Assembly (NCBI RefSeq): GCF_009914755.1
Contig: NC_060938.1
Source: the human T2T-CHM13v2.0 reference genome, Homo sapiens
Strand: one strand, 5' to 3'
DNA: 64,000 bases
Program-made: the position numbers and the translations under genes
Shown here: piece by piece, positions 36,783 to 49,498 of the stretch
How positions within the stretch are numbered: position 1 is the stretch's first letter
How the letters are laid out: every line of letters starts with the position of its first letter
Notes under the pieces: model-generated
Database searches by the model: none
What the model saw: the letters and a program-made list of their open reading frames with translations, nothing else
Told to the model about the DNA's origin: nothing

Positions 36783-37452
36783 TGTGACAGGTAGTTAGAC
36801 AGGCATGAATGGGGCACAAGAGAGCTCTCCCCTCCACCCACCAGGAGTCATCAGGCGATTGTTCGGCAGTTATCACATTACCTCTCTAAAAATGATAATT
36901 GGCAGCAAATTATCACTGGCAACTTCCCCAACAGATAAAGACACTTAAGATTGGTAATCAGCTTCCAATAAAATCTCAGGAATTGGTGAGTGAACCCAGC
37001 ATGTACATTAAGAGACAAAACAGCAGAGTATGACCTTCTGTGGGCACTCCACCAGAAAAAGGAAGAAAGCCTCAGATGTGCATGAGTACAACTTCCTAAA
37101 CACACTGCTCATGCCCACGTCCCAAGCAGGAAGGAGGGCACTGCACATGCGGGCAGCCCATCCTAAGGGAAGAATCATGGGAAAGGGGCACAAGATGCTG
37201 GAGGTAGGTCAGTGTATAAAATCTTAGGATTAAGGTTAAAGGCTGCACTTGTCCTTCCAGTTGTCCGCTTGGGTCTCTTCCAAGTGTACTTTCCTTTCTC
37301 TCCTGCTCTAAAGCTTTTTAATAAAATTCCACTCCTGTTCTGAAACTTGCCTTGGTCTTTCATTCTGCCTTATTTCCCTCAGTCAAATTCTTTCTGCTAA
37401 AGAGACAAGAATTGAGGTTGCTGCAGACCCATATGGATTCACCACCAGTAAC
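36783..37452 (+). mobile_element. MER50-like ERV1 solo LTR
   Basis: tgtgacaggtagttagacaggcatga...TATAAAA...AATAAA...ctgcagacccatatggattcacc. Confidence 0.65.
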
Positions 37453-37578
37453 TCAGAGCCTTCTACCCCTAACATTATCCAGCTGCAGAAAGCTGCAATT
37501 GCCCATCGTGGTAACTGCCTTGATGGCACATTCTGTATTGGCTTCCTTCCTTCCCTGATTTACCTCTTACCCATGTCT

Positions 37579-38205
37579 TGCAAACAAAAAAGAGTTAAAC
37601 TCTGTAAAATAGTTAAAGAGGTTGATTCTGAGCCAAATATGAGTGACCATGGCCCATGACACAGCCCTCAGGAGGTTCCGAGAACATGTGCCCAAGGTGG
37701 TCGCAGTGCAGCTTGGCTTATACATTTTAGGGAGGCATGGGACTTCAATCAAATACATTTAAAAAATACATTGGTTTGATCCAGGAAGGTGGGACAACTC
37801 AAAGCAAGGGGCAAGGGGGTCAGTGGGAGTGAGGAGCTTCCAGTTTATAAGTAGATTTAATATTTTTCTGGTTGACAATTGGTTGAGTTTATCTAAAGAC
37901 CTGGAATTAATAGGAAACGTCTGTATTGCGATAAGAGGTTATAAAGACCAGAGTTTGATCAGGCAGATGAAGCTTCCAAGTAGCAGGTTTCAGAGAGAAT
38001 GGATTGTAAATGCTTCTTATCAGACTTCAGGTCTGTGTTGATGTTAATGCCAGAGAGGTATGATGAAGCATGTCTGACCCCCACTTCCCATTCTGGCCTG
38101 AACCAATCTCTCAAGTTGAATTTTAAGAGAGCCCTGGCCAAGAAGGAAGTCCACTCAGATGGTTGCGGGGGGCTGGGGGGCCTTAGAATTTTATTTTTGA
38201 TCTAC
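37579..38205 (-). mobile_element. MER4-family solo LTR
   Basis: Reverse complement starts TGTAGATCAAAAATAAAATTCTAAG and ends ...TTTTACAGAGTTTAACTCTTTT. Confidence 0.7.
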
Positions 38206-38773
38206 AGTTTCCTAGAATCACCTATAATAAACTATTTACACACAAATTATTGTGTCGAAGCTGACTTTTAGGGATCCAAAACCAAGATACAGGAATTCAA
38301 ATCATGAGACAAGGGTGAAGATTATCCAGAAGAAATGTTGGTGCCCCTTCTCTTATTGCTACCAAGCTGAGCTTTGCAGCACAAGGGATTTTAGCAGCCT
38401 CATTCAGGATGGGCCCCAGTGCTTACAAACTCCTTAAGCATCTCTCTGAGAGGGGACACTCAGCCACCTACCTCTGTGACAGAGAACTCATGCTCCTCAC
38501 ACAGCACCCAGTACATAACAGGGCCCCCATTCATAATGCCCAGTTTGGGGACCCCAACTCAGGAATTACATAAGGATCCCTGATGCTCCCTCTGGAAATG
38601 CAAAATTCTAAAGAATCAGAGTAAGGTATTTAAAAAGAGTTTTTTTCACAATATTTTTTCAAAATGGAATGAAAATGATAAGAGCAATTCTTGATATAAA
38701 TATAAATTAAGCTGAGGCAATTTAGTGCTGATGAGAACTTCTGCAATAGTTATTTCAGAGCTTCTTGATATAG

Positions 38774-39103
<330 letters not shown>

Positions 39104-39720
39104 AACAAGATTATTTTTTTAATCCGTGTAAAATGTGAACACAATTACACACTACATATTCTGCTTTTACTTATCTCTGAATTTAGTCGATGCTCTTTTC
39201 AGCCACAAGCATATATCTTTTTTCTCATTCTTTATTTTGAGAAATTATAAAAATGTAAAAAAATTGAATATAAATAGGCATATTCTTATCACTCAAAATT
39301 AAGTGTCCTTATTTCATAAGATTTGCTTTGTAATTTTTTTTAATAAGAAGAAAAATAAAATCACAGTTTGCCATTTGTTGTGAATGGAGTCAGAGGCTTC
39401 TGCTCACCATTCTGGATCACGCTCTCCTCTCCAAGATTAGGTCGTATTAAAAACAAATTTGCCAGCTCCATTTTCTCTTTATTTTTCTTCTAGGCTAACT
39501 AAAAGCACTCCAGAAACATTTTTTATTTTCATTTGAAATTATAACCAGAGGCCTATTTTCTGAGAGACCAAAAAGTATTCAGAAATGTTTCCCTCCTTGA
39601 AACCTAGTCACCCACCCACCTATCATAGCATTTCCTGCCCTGAAGGAGAATTCTCACCAAGCACAGAGGAGAACCCATCAGAGCAGGAGACTTTTCACTC
39701 TGCAGGGGAGCGCTGTCAGC

Positions 39721-40313
39721 ATGACACGAGTTAGCTTGCTGTGGGCAGTCGTGGTCTCCACCTGTCTTGGTAAGGAAGATGTGGTTCTTTCTTTATAAAG
39801 GCATCTAATGGGGCTGTGAAGCAGGAGGGATTAACAGAACAGCAACTGCATTGCCTCTTAGAGCCCAGCTACCTGGAGGCAGAAATATGCTGCCTGAGGC
39901 TAGAATCACAAAGAAAGGTGTGTGGGAATGGGGAATGGGAATCAGCTTGTGAGTCTGTTTCTCACTCACACGTGATATCCCAGTGAAGTCCTTTCTCTCC
40001 TATTTTCCACAGAATCCGGCATGGCCCAGACAGTCACTCAGTCTCAACCAGAGATGTCTGTGCAGGAGGCAGAGACTGTGACCCTGAGTTGCACATATGA
40101 CACCAGTGAGAATAATTATTATTTGTTCTGGTACAAGCAGCCTCCCAGCAGGCAGATGATTCTCGTTATTCGCCAAGAAGCTTATAAGCAACAGAATGCA
40201 ACGGAGAATCGTTTCTCTGTGAACTTCCAGAAAGCAGCCAAATCCTTCAGTCTCAAGATCTCAGACTCACAGCTGGGGGACACTGCGATGTATTTCTGTG
40301 CTTTCATGAAGCA
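39721..40313 (+). CDS. TRAV38-1: T cell receptor alpha variable 38-1 (germline V segment): leader 39721-39769, V exon 40013-40313
   Basis: MTRVSLLWAVVVSTCL|ESGMAQTVTQSQPEMSVQEAETVTLSCTYDTSENNYYLFWYKQ...DTAMYFCAFMK; GT/AG intact; Cys23, Trp41 and Cys104 present. Confidence 0.97.
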
Positions 40314-40352
40314 CACAATGAGATGAGCAGCAGGGAGAGGCTTACAGAAACC
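40314..40352 (+). other. 23-RSS of TRAV38-1
   Basis: CACAATG, 23 nt, ACAGAAACC. Confidence 0.95.
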
Positions 40353-40729
40353 TCAGACCTCAGCATCTGTGCAAAGGTCACAGGGTGAGAGGGAAGTGGT
40401 AGGGTAATAGGTATAGAAAATCATTGACTTCTCTTGGAAATGAAAGCTTCTCCTATTTCTTCTCCTGTAAGAAACTCAGAGAGATGGCTGTCTGCAAGCT
40501 TCAATCCTTAAAGTTACATAAAGATAATGACGTGTGCAGTGCATTCCAGTTTTACAAGGTGCCTTCACTAAGGTACTTATTACAGGTCAGATTTCCTAAG
40601 CATTTTCTCTGTCCAGAAAATTTTTATAATTTGCCTGGGCATTCTTACCTCCAGGAATTTTAAACCTTTTCCATTTGTTAATTGTTGCTTGTCCTTTTAT
40701 TTGTCCATCTGGTCCAAAACTGCATCTCC

Positions 40730-43700
40730 TCCGAATAAGGTACCCATTTTAGAACACAACAGGTGTGACAACGGTGGCATAACCACGAAGGGGACTTGCT
40801 GGGCCCACCAGACTCAAGAGATGACCTAGGTCCACTGCAGTAGAACCTAGAAGAATGATGAAAAGGCTTTAAAATGCTCCGCTGAAGGGCCAGCTCGTGG
40901 GCAACACCTCAGTGGTTGGAATGCTATGCTTCAGAAAATGATAATATTCGTTAAACCACTGGCTGATTCATGGTGTCGTGGCAAAAGTTTAGAAACCAAG
41001 AAATAGACATAGAATAGAGTCTTCTCCTATCACTCCCTATAAGTCATTTTCAGAATTCGTGTTTCCCTTTCCCACAACCCTAGGTTCTGCTAGATTAGAG
41101 GTCCTAGTTCCCAAAGAAGGATGCTCCCTTCGGGGATTCAGTAACCTGCAGCTATGGCTGCCACTTTTAGGTCACTCTGAACTCTCTGTGCCAATAGCCC
41201 AGCAGGCAAAGAGAGGAGCTATTAGACCAGAAGGGGTCATTGACCCTGACTGTCATGGAGCACCAGGTTGTTGTGACACAAGGAGGGTGAGGAGGAATGT
41301 GGCTATAATGTAAGTATTTCACATTGGTGTCTCCTGATGTTTCCGTGCCCAATACAAACAGCAAGCGGCAGTTCTTGTAGCAGCAAGGCCTGAAAAGGGC
41401 AACGTGACCAAGAACTGAGACTCTTCAGCAATGAAGTTTTCAAGAACAGAAGCTCATGTCATGCAACCTTCCTGTATTAAGGGCGTTGAAGAGATTGCAG
41501 TCAGAGGCAACCTTGAAGACACAGTGACACAGTGGAAATAATATAGGGCAAGCATGCATCTGAGTAGTGCAAAGAAAGGACTGTAACTGATATATGCGCC
41601 CTGTTGCCCCATCCGAATGTCTGTCTGATTTTAGCTGGAGTTATAGTAGACAATCACACTCACGTCATGCTGGTAACATCCAGCGTTAAGCACACTCTGT
41701 GTTTTGTTATGTTATGTTTTGTTTTGTTTTGTTGCTTTCTATCCCAAAGTCTTCTCTAATGTCTCAGGAGATCCCTTAGTTTAAGGGCAAGCACAGCCTG
41801 AAATTATAGGGAAACTACCACCCCTGTTGGCAAACACCAACCAATGGGGAAAAAGAGCCAGGGAATAAACGCACTAGCTTTGCGTCCCTTAAATAGACAA
41901 TTCTGAGCGGCAACCTGTGTGCTTCTTGGGAGATCCTACCAGAACCGAGTCCCACTTGAGTCAGTTATTGCTCGACCCACTTTCTTCTTTTATAACTTAT
42001 TTTTATAGATCAAGGGAGTACAAGTGCCACTTTTGATACATGGATATATTGTGTAGTGGTGAAGTATGGGTTTTCAGTGTAACCATCACCTGAATAGTGT
42101 ACATTGTACTCATTAGGTACTTTTCATTCCTCATTCTCCTCCCACACTCCCACCTTTTCAAGTCTCAATGTCTGTTATCTTTGTCCATGTCTATGCATTA
42201 TTTAGCTCCCATTTATAAGTAAGAAATGTAGTATTTGAATTTCTGTTTCTGAGTTACTTCACTTAAGATAATGGCCTCCAGTTCCATCCATGTTGCTATA
42301 AAAGACATGAGTTTATTCTTTTTATGGCTGAGTAGTATTCCATGGTGTGTGTGTGTGACATTTTCTTTATTTAATCATCCATCCATTGATGGACACTTAG
42401 GTTGATTCCATATCTTTTCTATTGTGAATAGTGCTGTGATAAACATAACAGTGAAGTTATATTTTTGATATAATAATTTCTTTTTGTGGGGGTAGATACC
42501 CAGTAGTGAGATGCTGGGTTGAAGAGTAGTTCTATTTTTAGTTCTTTGAGAAATCCCTATACTGTTTTCCACACAGGTTGTACTGATTTACATTCCCACC
42601 AACAGTGTATATGTGTTACCAAACATCTGTTGTTTTCTGACTTCTTATTAATAGCCATTCTAACTGATGTGAGATGGTATCTCATTGTGCTTTTAATTTG
42701 CATTTATCTGATGATTAGTCGTGTTGAGCATTTTCTCATGTTTGCTGACCATTTGTACGTCTTCTTTGAGAAATGTCTGTTCATGTCCTTTGCACACTTT
42801 TCAATGGGCTTATTTGTTTCTTGCTTGTTGAGTTGTGTGAGTTCCTTGTAGATTCTGGATATTAGTCCTTTGTTGGATGCATGGTTTGCAAATGTTTTCT
42901 CTCATTCTGTAGGTTGTCTCTTTACTCTCTTGATTATATATTGTGTGGTACAGAAGCTATTTAGTTTAATTAAGTCCCATTAGTCTATTTTTTGTTTCGT
43001 TGCATTTGTTTTAAGATCTCAGTCATAAATTCTTTGCCTAAGCCAAGATCCAGAAGAGTTTTTCCCAGGTTTTCTTACAGAATTTTTATAGTTTCAGGTT
43101 TTATATTTAAGTCTTTAATCCATCTTGACTTTATAGTAAGAGAAATGGATCCAGTTTCATTCTTCTGTGTATGGCTAACTAATTTTCCCAGCACTATTTA
43201 TTGAATAGGGTGTCCTTTCCCCAGTGTATGTCTTTGTCTACTTTGTCAAAGATCAGTTAGTTGTAGGTATGTGGCTTTATTTCTGGGTTCCATATTCTGT
43301 TCCATTGATCTGTGTGTCTATTTTTCATACAAGTACCATGCTATATTGATACTATAGCCTTGTAGTATCATTTGAAGTCAGGTGATATGATGCATCAAGA
43401 TTTTTCTCTTTGCTTAGGATTGCTTTGGCATTCAGGCTGTTTTTTTGTTTCATATTGATTTTAGCATTTTTTCCTAATTCTGTGAAAAGTAATATTGGTA
43501 TTTTGATAGGCATTGCATTGAATCTACATATTGCTTTGGGCAATATGGTCATTTTAATAATATTGCTTTTTCCAGTTTATAAGCATGAGAGGTTTTTTCA
43601 TTTATTTGGGTTATCCACAATTTCTTTCATCAGTGTTTTGTAGTTTTCCTAGTAGAGATCGTTTACCTTTTTGTTTAAGTGTATTTCTAGGTATTATTTT

Positions 43701-44127
43701 GTGGCTATTATAAATGGGATTATTTATTTTGTGGCTATTATAAATTTAGTTTGTAGCTTGGTTGTTACTGATGTATAGAAATATTACTGATTTCATACAT
43801 TGATTTTGTATCTTGAAACTTTACTGAATTCACTTATCAAATCTGGGAGTCTTTTGGAGGAGCCTTGAGGGTTTTCCAGGTATAAGACATATCATCAGCA
43901 AACAGATAGTTGGACTTTTTCTTTTCCAGTTTGGATGCCTTTTATTTCTTTCTCTTACCAATTGCTCTGGCTAGGACTTCTAGCACTATTTTGAATAAAA
44001 GTGGTGAGAGTGGGTATCCTGCTTTACCCATTTTCTCACTCCTGCTTCCTGAGATCACTTCCTAAATAAACTACCTGCACCCAAGGTAGTTTCAGGCTCT
44101 GTCTTGGGGGGAAATCAAACTAATACA
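40730..44127 (+). mobile_element. Second ERVL-class (ERV3-16A3/LTR16-like) remnant, LTR split by an L1
   Basis: ORF 41059-41313 LEVLVPK..LWLPLLGHSELSVP..QQAKRG..GVIDPD (dUTPase-like); LTR16 end gatcacttcctaaataaactacctgcaccc...ggaaatcaaactaataca. Confidence 0.65.
41985..44020 (-). mobile_element. 5'-truncated L1 (L1MA/L1PB-type), about 2 kb
   Basis: ORF2 C-terminal fragments ([17 protein letters not shown]; WNQPKCPS) and an L1MA-type 3' UTR. Confidence 0.85.
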
Positions 44128-45338
44128 GGGAATCTTTGGAAATCCAAAGATTCTTTGAAAATTTAACAAAGAAAGAACAGAGGAGAGTTCAAGGTGAACC
44201 TTACTGGGCTAAGCTAATAAAGGTAAGTGTGTACTTGAGTGAGAAATTGTAAAAAAAAGATGATGAGGCAGATCGCATTTACTAAACTCCAATCTCTGCA
44301 GATATGTGATTACGTCTTTTCAGTGTTCAAAAACTTTACTTTCCAAGTTTAAGCTCTTTCAACTGTCTCTCATTTCCCCTTCCCAAATCTTCTGACCCTT
44401 TACTATTTAAACTTCATTCCTAGTTATTCCCAAAATACGTCTCTCTTCTAGTCAGTTTATTCCCCTTACTGGCTCATAAGGACTTAAAGCTCATTGCTGG
44501 CTCTAGCATTTCTCTACTGGTTGCTCCACCCACCCAAATTTCCCTTTTGTGTATATTTCAGACTGCTTAAACCATATTAATCTTATAATGACCACCAGAA
44601 ATCTCTCTTCCCTCTAAGATTTCTTCTCTAATAATCAAACAATCCTTTAATTCCTTCTCTTCCAAATGTCATACAGTACCAACTGTGGACCAAACAATCC
44701 GACTCTTACTGACATACCTTCCTAAGACATTTGCTGTTGTTTCAAGGTACTCATCTTTCCTCCCCAAATACATTATATTCTCTATGTAGATAGAGTTTGC
44801 CTTGTACCCTTCACAATTCCTCACTGCTCTTAGCACAGTACTAAGCACATAATAAGTGCTGATAAGGCACAAATATGCTTAAGGTTTAAATTATAATCAT
44901 GCTATATTTCTGAAAGAATATGAAGGAAAAGAAACAGGTTTCTCTGAGGAGGTAAGATGTGATAGAAGGTAGAATTTAAGAAAGCAGTGATAAAGGAAAG
45001 GACAGATACATTTCAAACATCCAAGTCTTTTGATTTAGTGGAAACATAAATCTGAAACTGGTAAAAAGATTACTTTTAGAATACATTTCTTACTAAACCA
45101 AGTTCTTTCCATACAGAAAATCCTAGAAACTGCCTCTGTAATTATCTCTTTGATCTGAAGAGGGCACTGTTTGCTCCTGTTGATAGCAGTTACTTACAAA
45201 AAACCGATCTCATTTTGAAGAATCCGCTATTCCTAATACATACAAAATAACTAGAACAAATCCTATGTTATCCGTAGAGTCTAGGTCAGATTTCCACATT
45301 CTGGAATCAAGTTTTCCACCAATTAAAAAGGTCAAACC

Positions 45339-46387
45339 ATGGAGGAGCTTTTAGGAACTGTATTTGTGATCTGGTGGCTTTGGCCTGGGTGAGAGCTGAG
45401 TGAATTCATTTCATCAGGGACACAGAGGACTCAGAAGGTTCTGAGAACTAGTCTCTATATTTTACAGAAGGGATTCAAAGAATAAATAAAACATTTAATT
45501 TACCCTTTATTTAATTTACCCTTAATTCATCTTTTTTAAGAAAATTTGCTATCAAATGAAGGAAGAGGAATGCTCTTCTGACCATCTGTCCAGAGAGACA
45601 CAACCAATCTCTGTTCTCCAGAGAGACAGAGCCAATAGGATGAATATATAGATATATGAGAGGGGATTTATTAGAAGAATTGGCTCATGCAATTATGGAG
45701 GCTGAGGAGTCCCATGACAGACTGTCTGCAAGCTGGAGAACCTGGGATGCTGGTAGTAGTGTGACTAGTCCAAATCCAAAAGCCTGAGAACCCAGGGGGC
45801 CACTGGCATAAATCCTACAGTCCATAGGCCAGAGATCCCAGAGTTCTTGTGTCTAAGGGCAAGAGAAAAAGAGTGTATCCCAGCTCCAGGCAAGAGAAAG
45901 ACCAAGTTGCTTTTCCTAGGTTTCTGTTCTATCCAGGCCTCTAGCAGATTGGATGCCCACACTGAAGATGGATCTTCCCCATGTATTCCACTAAGACTCA
46001 CAAGCCAATGTCCTCTAGAAACACCCTCATAAACACACCCAAAAATAATGCTTTACCAGTTCTCTAGGTATTCCTTAATTCCGTCAAGTTGACGCCTAAA
46101 ATTAACTATCACACCATCCATGAAGGAAAGATGTTTTGTCATCTACTATAATTATTTGAACAATGTTTCAGATCCATGGGACAGAATGAAAAAGATCTAG
46201 AATAAATCTGATGTCTTTGTTTCTGTTCTTGTTAACTAGGGTTTTGTAGTGCAGGGGAAGATAAGCAGCCTCCTTCAGTGCTAGTACCAGCTCCCTCTCC
46301 CTGAACCACAAGACCACCCAGTCGAGGGACTTAGCCATCTATGTCTGTGCTGCAGGGAACCTACATGCCCCTGAAAGCACCTAAATG
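45339..46387 (+). pseudogene. Unnamed TRAV-like relic D: leader 45339-45388, internally deleted V exon at about 46240-46355
   Basis: Leader MEELLGTVFVIWWLWP-G|GTGAGA (compare TRAV20/23 leaders); acceptor ttctgttcttgttaactAG; exon end SLSLNHKTTQSRDLAIYVCAAG with the FR3 D-x-A-x-Y-x-C motif. Confidence 0.75.
45587..46113 (-). mobile_element. MLT2 (ERVL) solo LTR in the intron of relic D
   Basis: 5-bp TSD ccatc at 45582-45586 and 46114-46118; ...caagttgacgcctaaaattaactatcaca terminus. Confidence 0.85.
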
Positions 46388-47118
46388 CACCACCCCCTCC
46401 ACCCTGCATTGGGACCTCCACTCAGGGGTTAGTAAACCATCTTCATCACCTCCTCTGACCAAAAGAATATTGTAAATGAATGTAACAAATCAGAGAAAAT
46501 CTTTTCTAAAAGACTTTTAGAAAGCTTTTTGTTCACTGTATTATCAGATAAGGAATTCAGAGTCATGAGAACCCTGATCATGAGCTGTCTGAGGTGATTA
46601 GGACCAGGGACCCTGAGTGTTCTTTCGTCAAGACCCACTCATCTAAGAGGGGCTGTCTCAATGATTGGAGCGGCTTCTCCCACTTGTGCCATTAATTGCT
46701 GGTATGCCTCAGTTTTTGCATCTGTAAAAATTCTCCCACGAGAACCTGAGAGTAGGCGTGTGATACTCACATATTTTTCTCCTAGTTTTTACTTTTTATA
46801 GTCTAACTAGCTAACTCCAGTAAGAAATCCCATGATGGTAGTTGCCAGATAGGGTTGATATCCCAAGGGAGCACAGTAAAATTTCTCAGACTGCCCAGAA
46901 GGGGTTCTGCTTCCACAAAAAAGCAGCCGTCTGCCCACCCCACCCGTATTTGCCCACTTGCAAGTTCTTTTATATACATCGCTTTATTTGGTCTTCAATG
47001 TTCAATAATTTGATTAACTGTGGAAGTTGGAACTGATTGAATGATAAATACAAGATACTAAAGTTCTGATTGCATAGGTCCCAGAGGATCACAAAAAAGA
47101 TCTAAAGTGGCAAGATCT

Positions 47119-47158
47119 ATCTATGGCCACACCACCCCAAATGTGCCCAATCTCATCT
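47119..47158 (+). pseudogene. 3'-truncated (tailless) 5S rRNA retropseudogene
   Basis: ATCTATGGCCACACCACCCCAAATGTGCCCAATCTCATCT versus the 5S rRNA 5' end GTCTACGGCCATACCACCCTGAACGCGCCCGATCTCGTCT; flanked by about 15-bp direct repeats aaa(g/a)tggcaagatc. Confidence 0.85.
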
Positions 47159-47358
47159 AAAATGGCAAGATCCATTCAGCATTGCAGCACTGGAATCCCC
47201 AGTCAGCATTGCAGTTGCAGGCCCAGTGAGCCCAGGCAAGAGGCGGAAAACATTTACTCTTGAGACCCTAATTAGTGAACTCATAGATAGCTGCAGCTGG
47301 CCTGAGACTGGGAGAGAAGACAGCCCAATCGTCTGGAGCTTCCTATACAGACTAGAGA

Positions 47359-47505
47359 GTGGTGGCACATGCCTGTAGTCCCAGCTACTCGGAAAGCTGT
47401 GGTGGGAGCATCACTTGAGCCCAGGAGGTTGAGGTTGCATAATTGCGCCACTGCACTCCAACCTGGGTGACAGAGTGAGACCCTGTCTCAAAAGAAAAAA
47501 AAAGA
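47359..47505 (+). mobile_element. Alu right-arm monomer (FRAM/AluJ fragment)
   Basis: gtggtggcacatgcctgtagtcccagctac...gaccctgtctcaaaag. Confidence 0.8.
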
Positions 47506-48900
47506 GAGGAGAAGGGGGTAAATTGTAAAATAATAGCATATTTGCCAATTTCCTGTGAATTTGTCCAGAAAATAGTAGGTAGTGCAGAAATTTAACACCA
47601 CGCAAACAAGAAAAGTAGACCACCTATGGAAGAAACTCAACATGCTGTACTTTAAGAAGTCCTCCGGAGTTAAGAACGGCTGTGGCAAAATGCCCACTGT
47701 TAGCACCATTTCCAAGTGGAAATAATAAATGGGAAGGGAGAGTTAAGACCACCACTCCCTATACGGCAAGTCAGCTTTTAATTTAGTCTTTTATTCTCCT
47801 TCTTGTTTTACAGGGGGAAAAGTTTACATAAAGCTGAACTATACAGAAGCCTTATCTAAGATTGGATGACACAAATTAAATAGGGAGAGAAAATTAATGC
47901 AAATGAAACTAGTAGTTCTCTGTATTGTGAGTTTTCATTTTTGCTCTGTTGCCTCTTCTATAAAATGCAGACTAATTCCTGACCTTTCCTCCCTCAAAGA
48001 AGAATGTGTGCATGAGGAAAAAATCAGATGCCAATGAAAAGCTGTCAGATGTGCAACACAGAATGTTCCCAAATGAATTTTATGTTGATTGTTCTGAGTC
48101 TTCTTTCACAAAGTCATTAACAGAAGCTCACAAAAGCCCTTGCCACCAGTATTGTAGAGCTCCTTGACACAGCCAAAATCAGGTATTCTTTTTTTAAAAA
48201 AGAAAGTCTTCAGCAAATTACAGTATAATTAGATATCAAAAGTCTGGTTTCAATTTTCTCTAGACTATCTGAATGTTATTGTTGTTGTCATTATTTTTCA
48301 TCATTTCTCAAAGTATTAAAATACAATTTGGTCAAACAATAATATAACCAATACCTGTATTATCATAACCCAGAGATAATTTTCTGATATTGGCTTCAAG
48401 ACAGAGGAGGGAAAGAAAAAAAGGAAAGAAGGAAGGAAGAAAAAAAAAAGGAAAAAAGAGGAGTAAGGGGAAGGGAAAGAGAAGGAAAGACGGGAAGGAA
48501 AGAGAGAGAAAGAGAGAGAGAAAGGAAAGACAATAAAAGCTTATAGAGAAAACTGAAGTCACAGCATTAGCTTGGCCTGTCTTTTCCCCACCCATCTCAT
48601 TCTCCTATCCAAATTATGTCTTTAAAAAACAATGTATCAGCTCCCTTTCCTCTTCATGTTTATTCCCAAATAAATTACAGTTCCAACAACATCTTTTTTC
48701 GTTAAATATTATGGTCCAAGTTTTATTCTCTGAAGCAAAAGACAAAAAGTATCGAAGAGCTTTCCCTAAGGGAGACATCATAAACAGCCCACCTGACATC
48801 CCATTTCCTGTTCTGAAGCAGCTACGGCACCAGTGCAGCTGATACTCAAGGTTCAGATCAGAAGAGGAGGCTTCTCACCCTGCAGCAGGGACCTGTGAGC

Positions 48901-49498
48901 ATGGCATGCCCTGGCTTCCTGTGGGCACTTGTGATCTCCACCTGTCTTGGTAAGGAAGGCGCATGTATTCACCTTAACTAGTATTCAATAGAACAGAGAA
49001 GTGGGAAGAAAGATTAATAGTGCAAGAATCTAATCTCTTCACTGGGCCCAGCTATTAGGGGCAAGAAAGCTGATGGATTTTGTCAGAGGTTTGGATCAAG
49101 AGGAAGAAAGGCGGGTGGCAATGGGAACAGGCTTGTGAGTCTGTTTCTGTCTCTCACATGGTATCCCAGTGAAGTCCTTTCTCTCCTCTTTCCCACAGAA
49201 TTTAGCATGGCTCAGACAGTCACTCAGTCTCAACCAGAGATGTCTGTGCAGGAGGCAGAGACCGTGACCCTGAGCTGCACATATGACACCAGTGAGAGTG
49301 ATTATTATTTATTCTGGTACAAGCAGCCTCCCAGCAGGCAGATGATTCTCGTTATTCGCCAAGAAGCTTATAAGCAACAGAATGCAACAGAGAATCGTTT
49401 CTCTGTGAACTTCCAGAAAGCAGCCAAATCCTTCAGTCTCAAGATCTCAGACTCACAGCTGGGGGATGCCGCGATGTATTTCTGTGCTTATAGGAGCG
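48901..49498 (+). CDS. TRAV38-2DV8: T cell receptor alpha variable 38-2/delta variable 8 (germline V segment): leader 48901-48949, V exon 49199-49498
   Basis: MACPGFLWALVISTCL|EFSMAQTVTQSQPEM...TSESDYYLFWYKQ...DAAMYFCAYRS; splice sites and conserved Cys/Trp intact. Confidence 0.97.

Larger units (their letters stand above)
34690..38290 (+). mobile_element. ERVL-class (ERV3-16A3/LTR16-like) internal remnant plus LTR, with three nested LTRs
   Basis: Integrase WQVDYIGPLP at 35388-35417; dUTPase-like AKKGVT..VDPDYH at about 36025-36070; LTR16-like end aataaactatttacac...ccaagataca at about 38290. Confidence 0.65.

Noticed and set aside
43694-43745. 22-bp near-tandem duplication ttattttgtggctattataaat
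   Set aside because: Local slippage inside a dead L1; no functional implication.
48405-48535. Long purine tract upstream of TRAV38-2
   Set aside because: Low-complexity GA-rich repeat; triplex potential is speculative and there is no counterpart at TRAV38-1.
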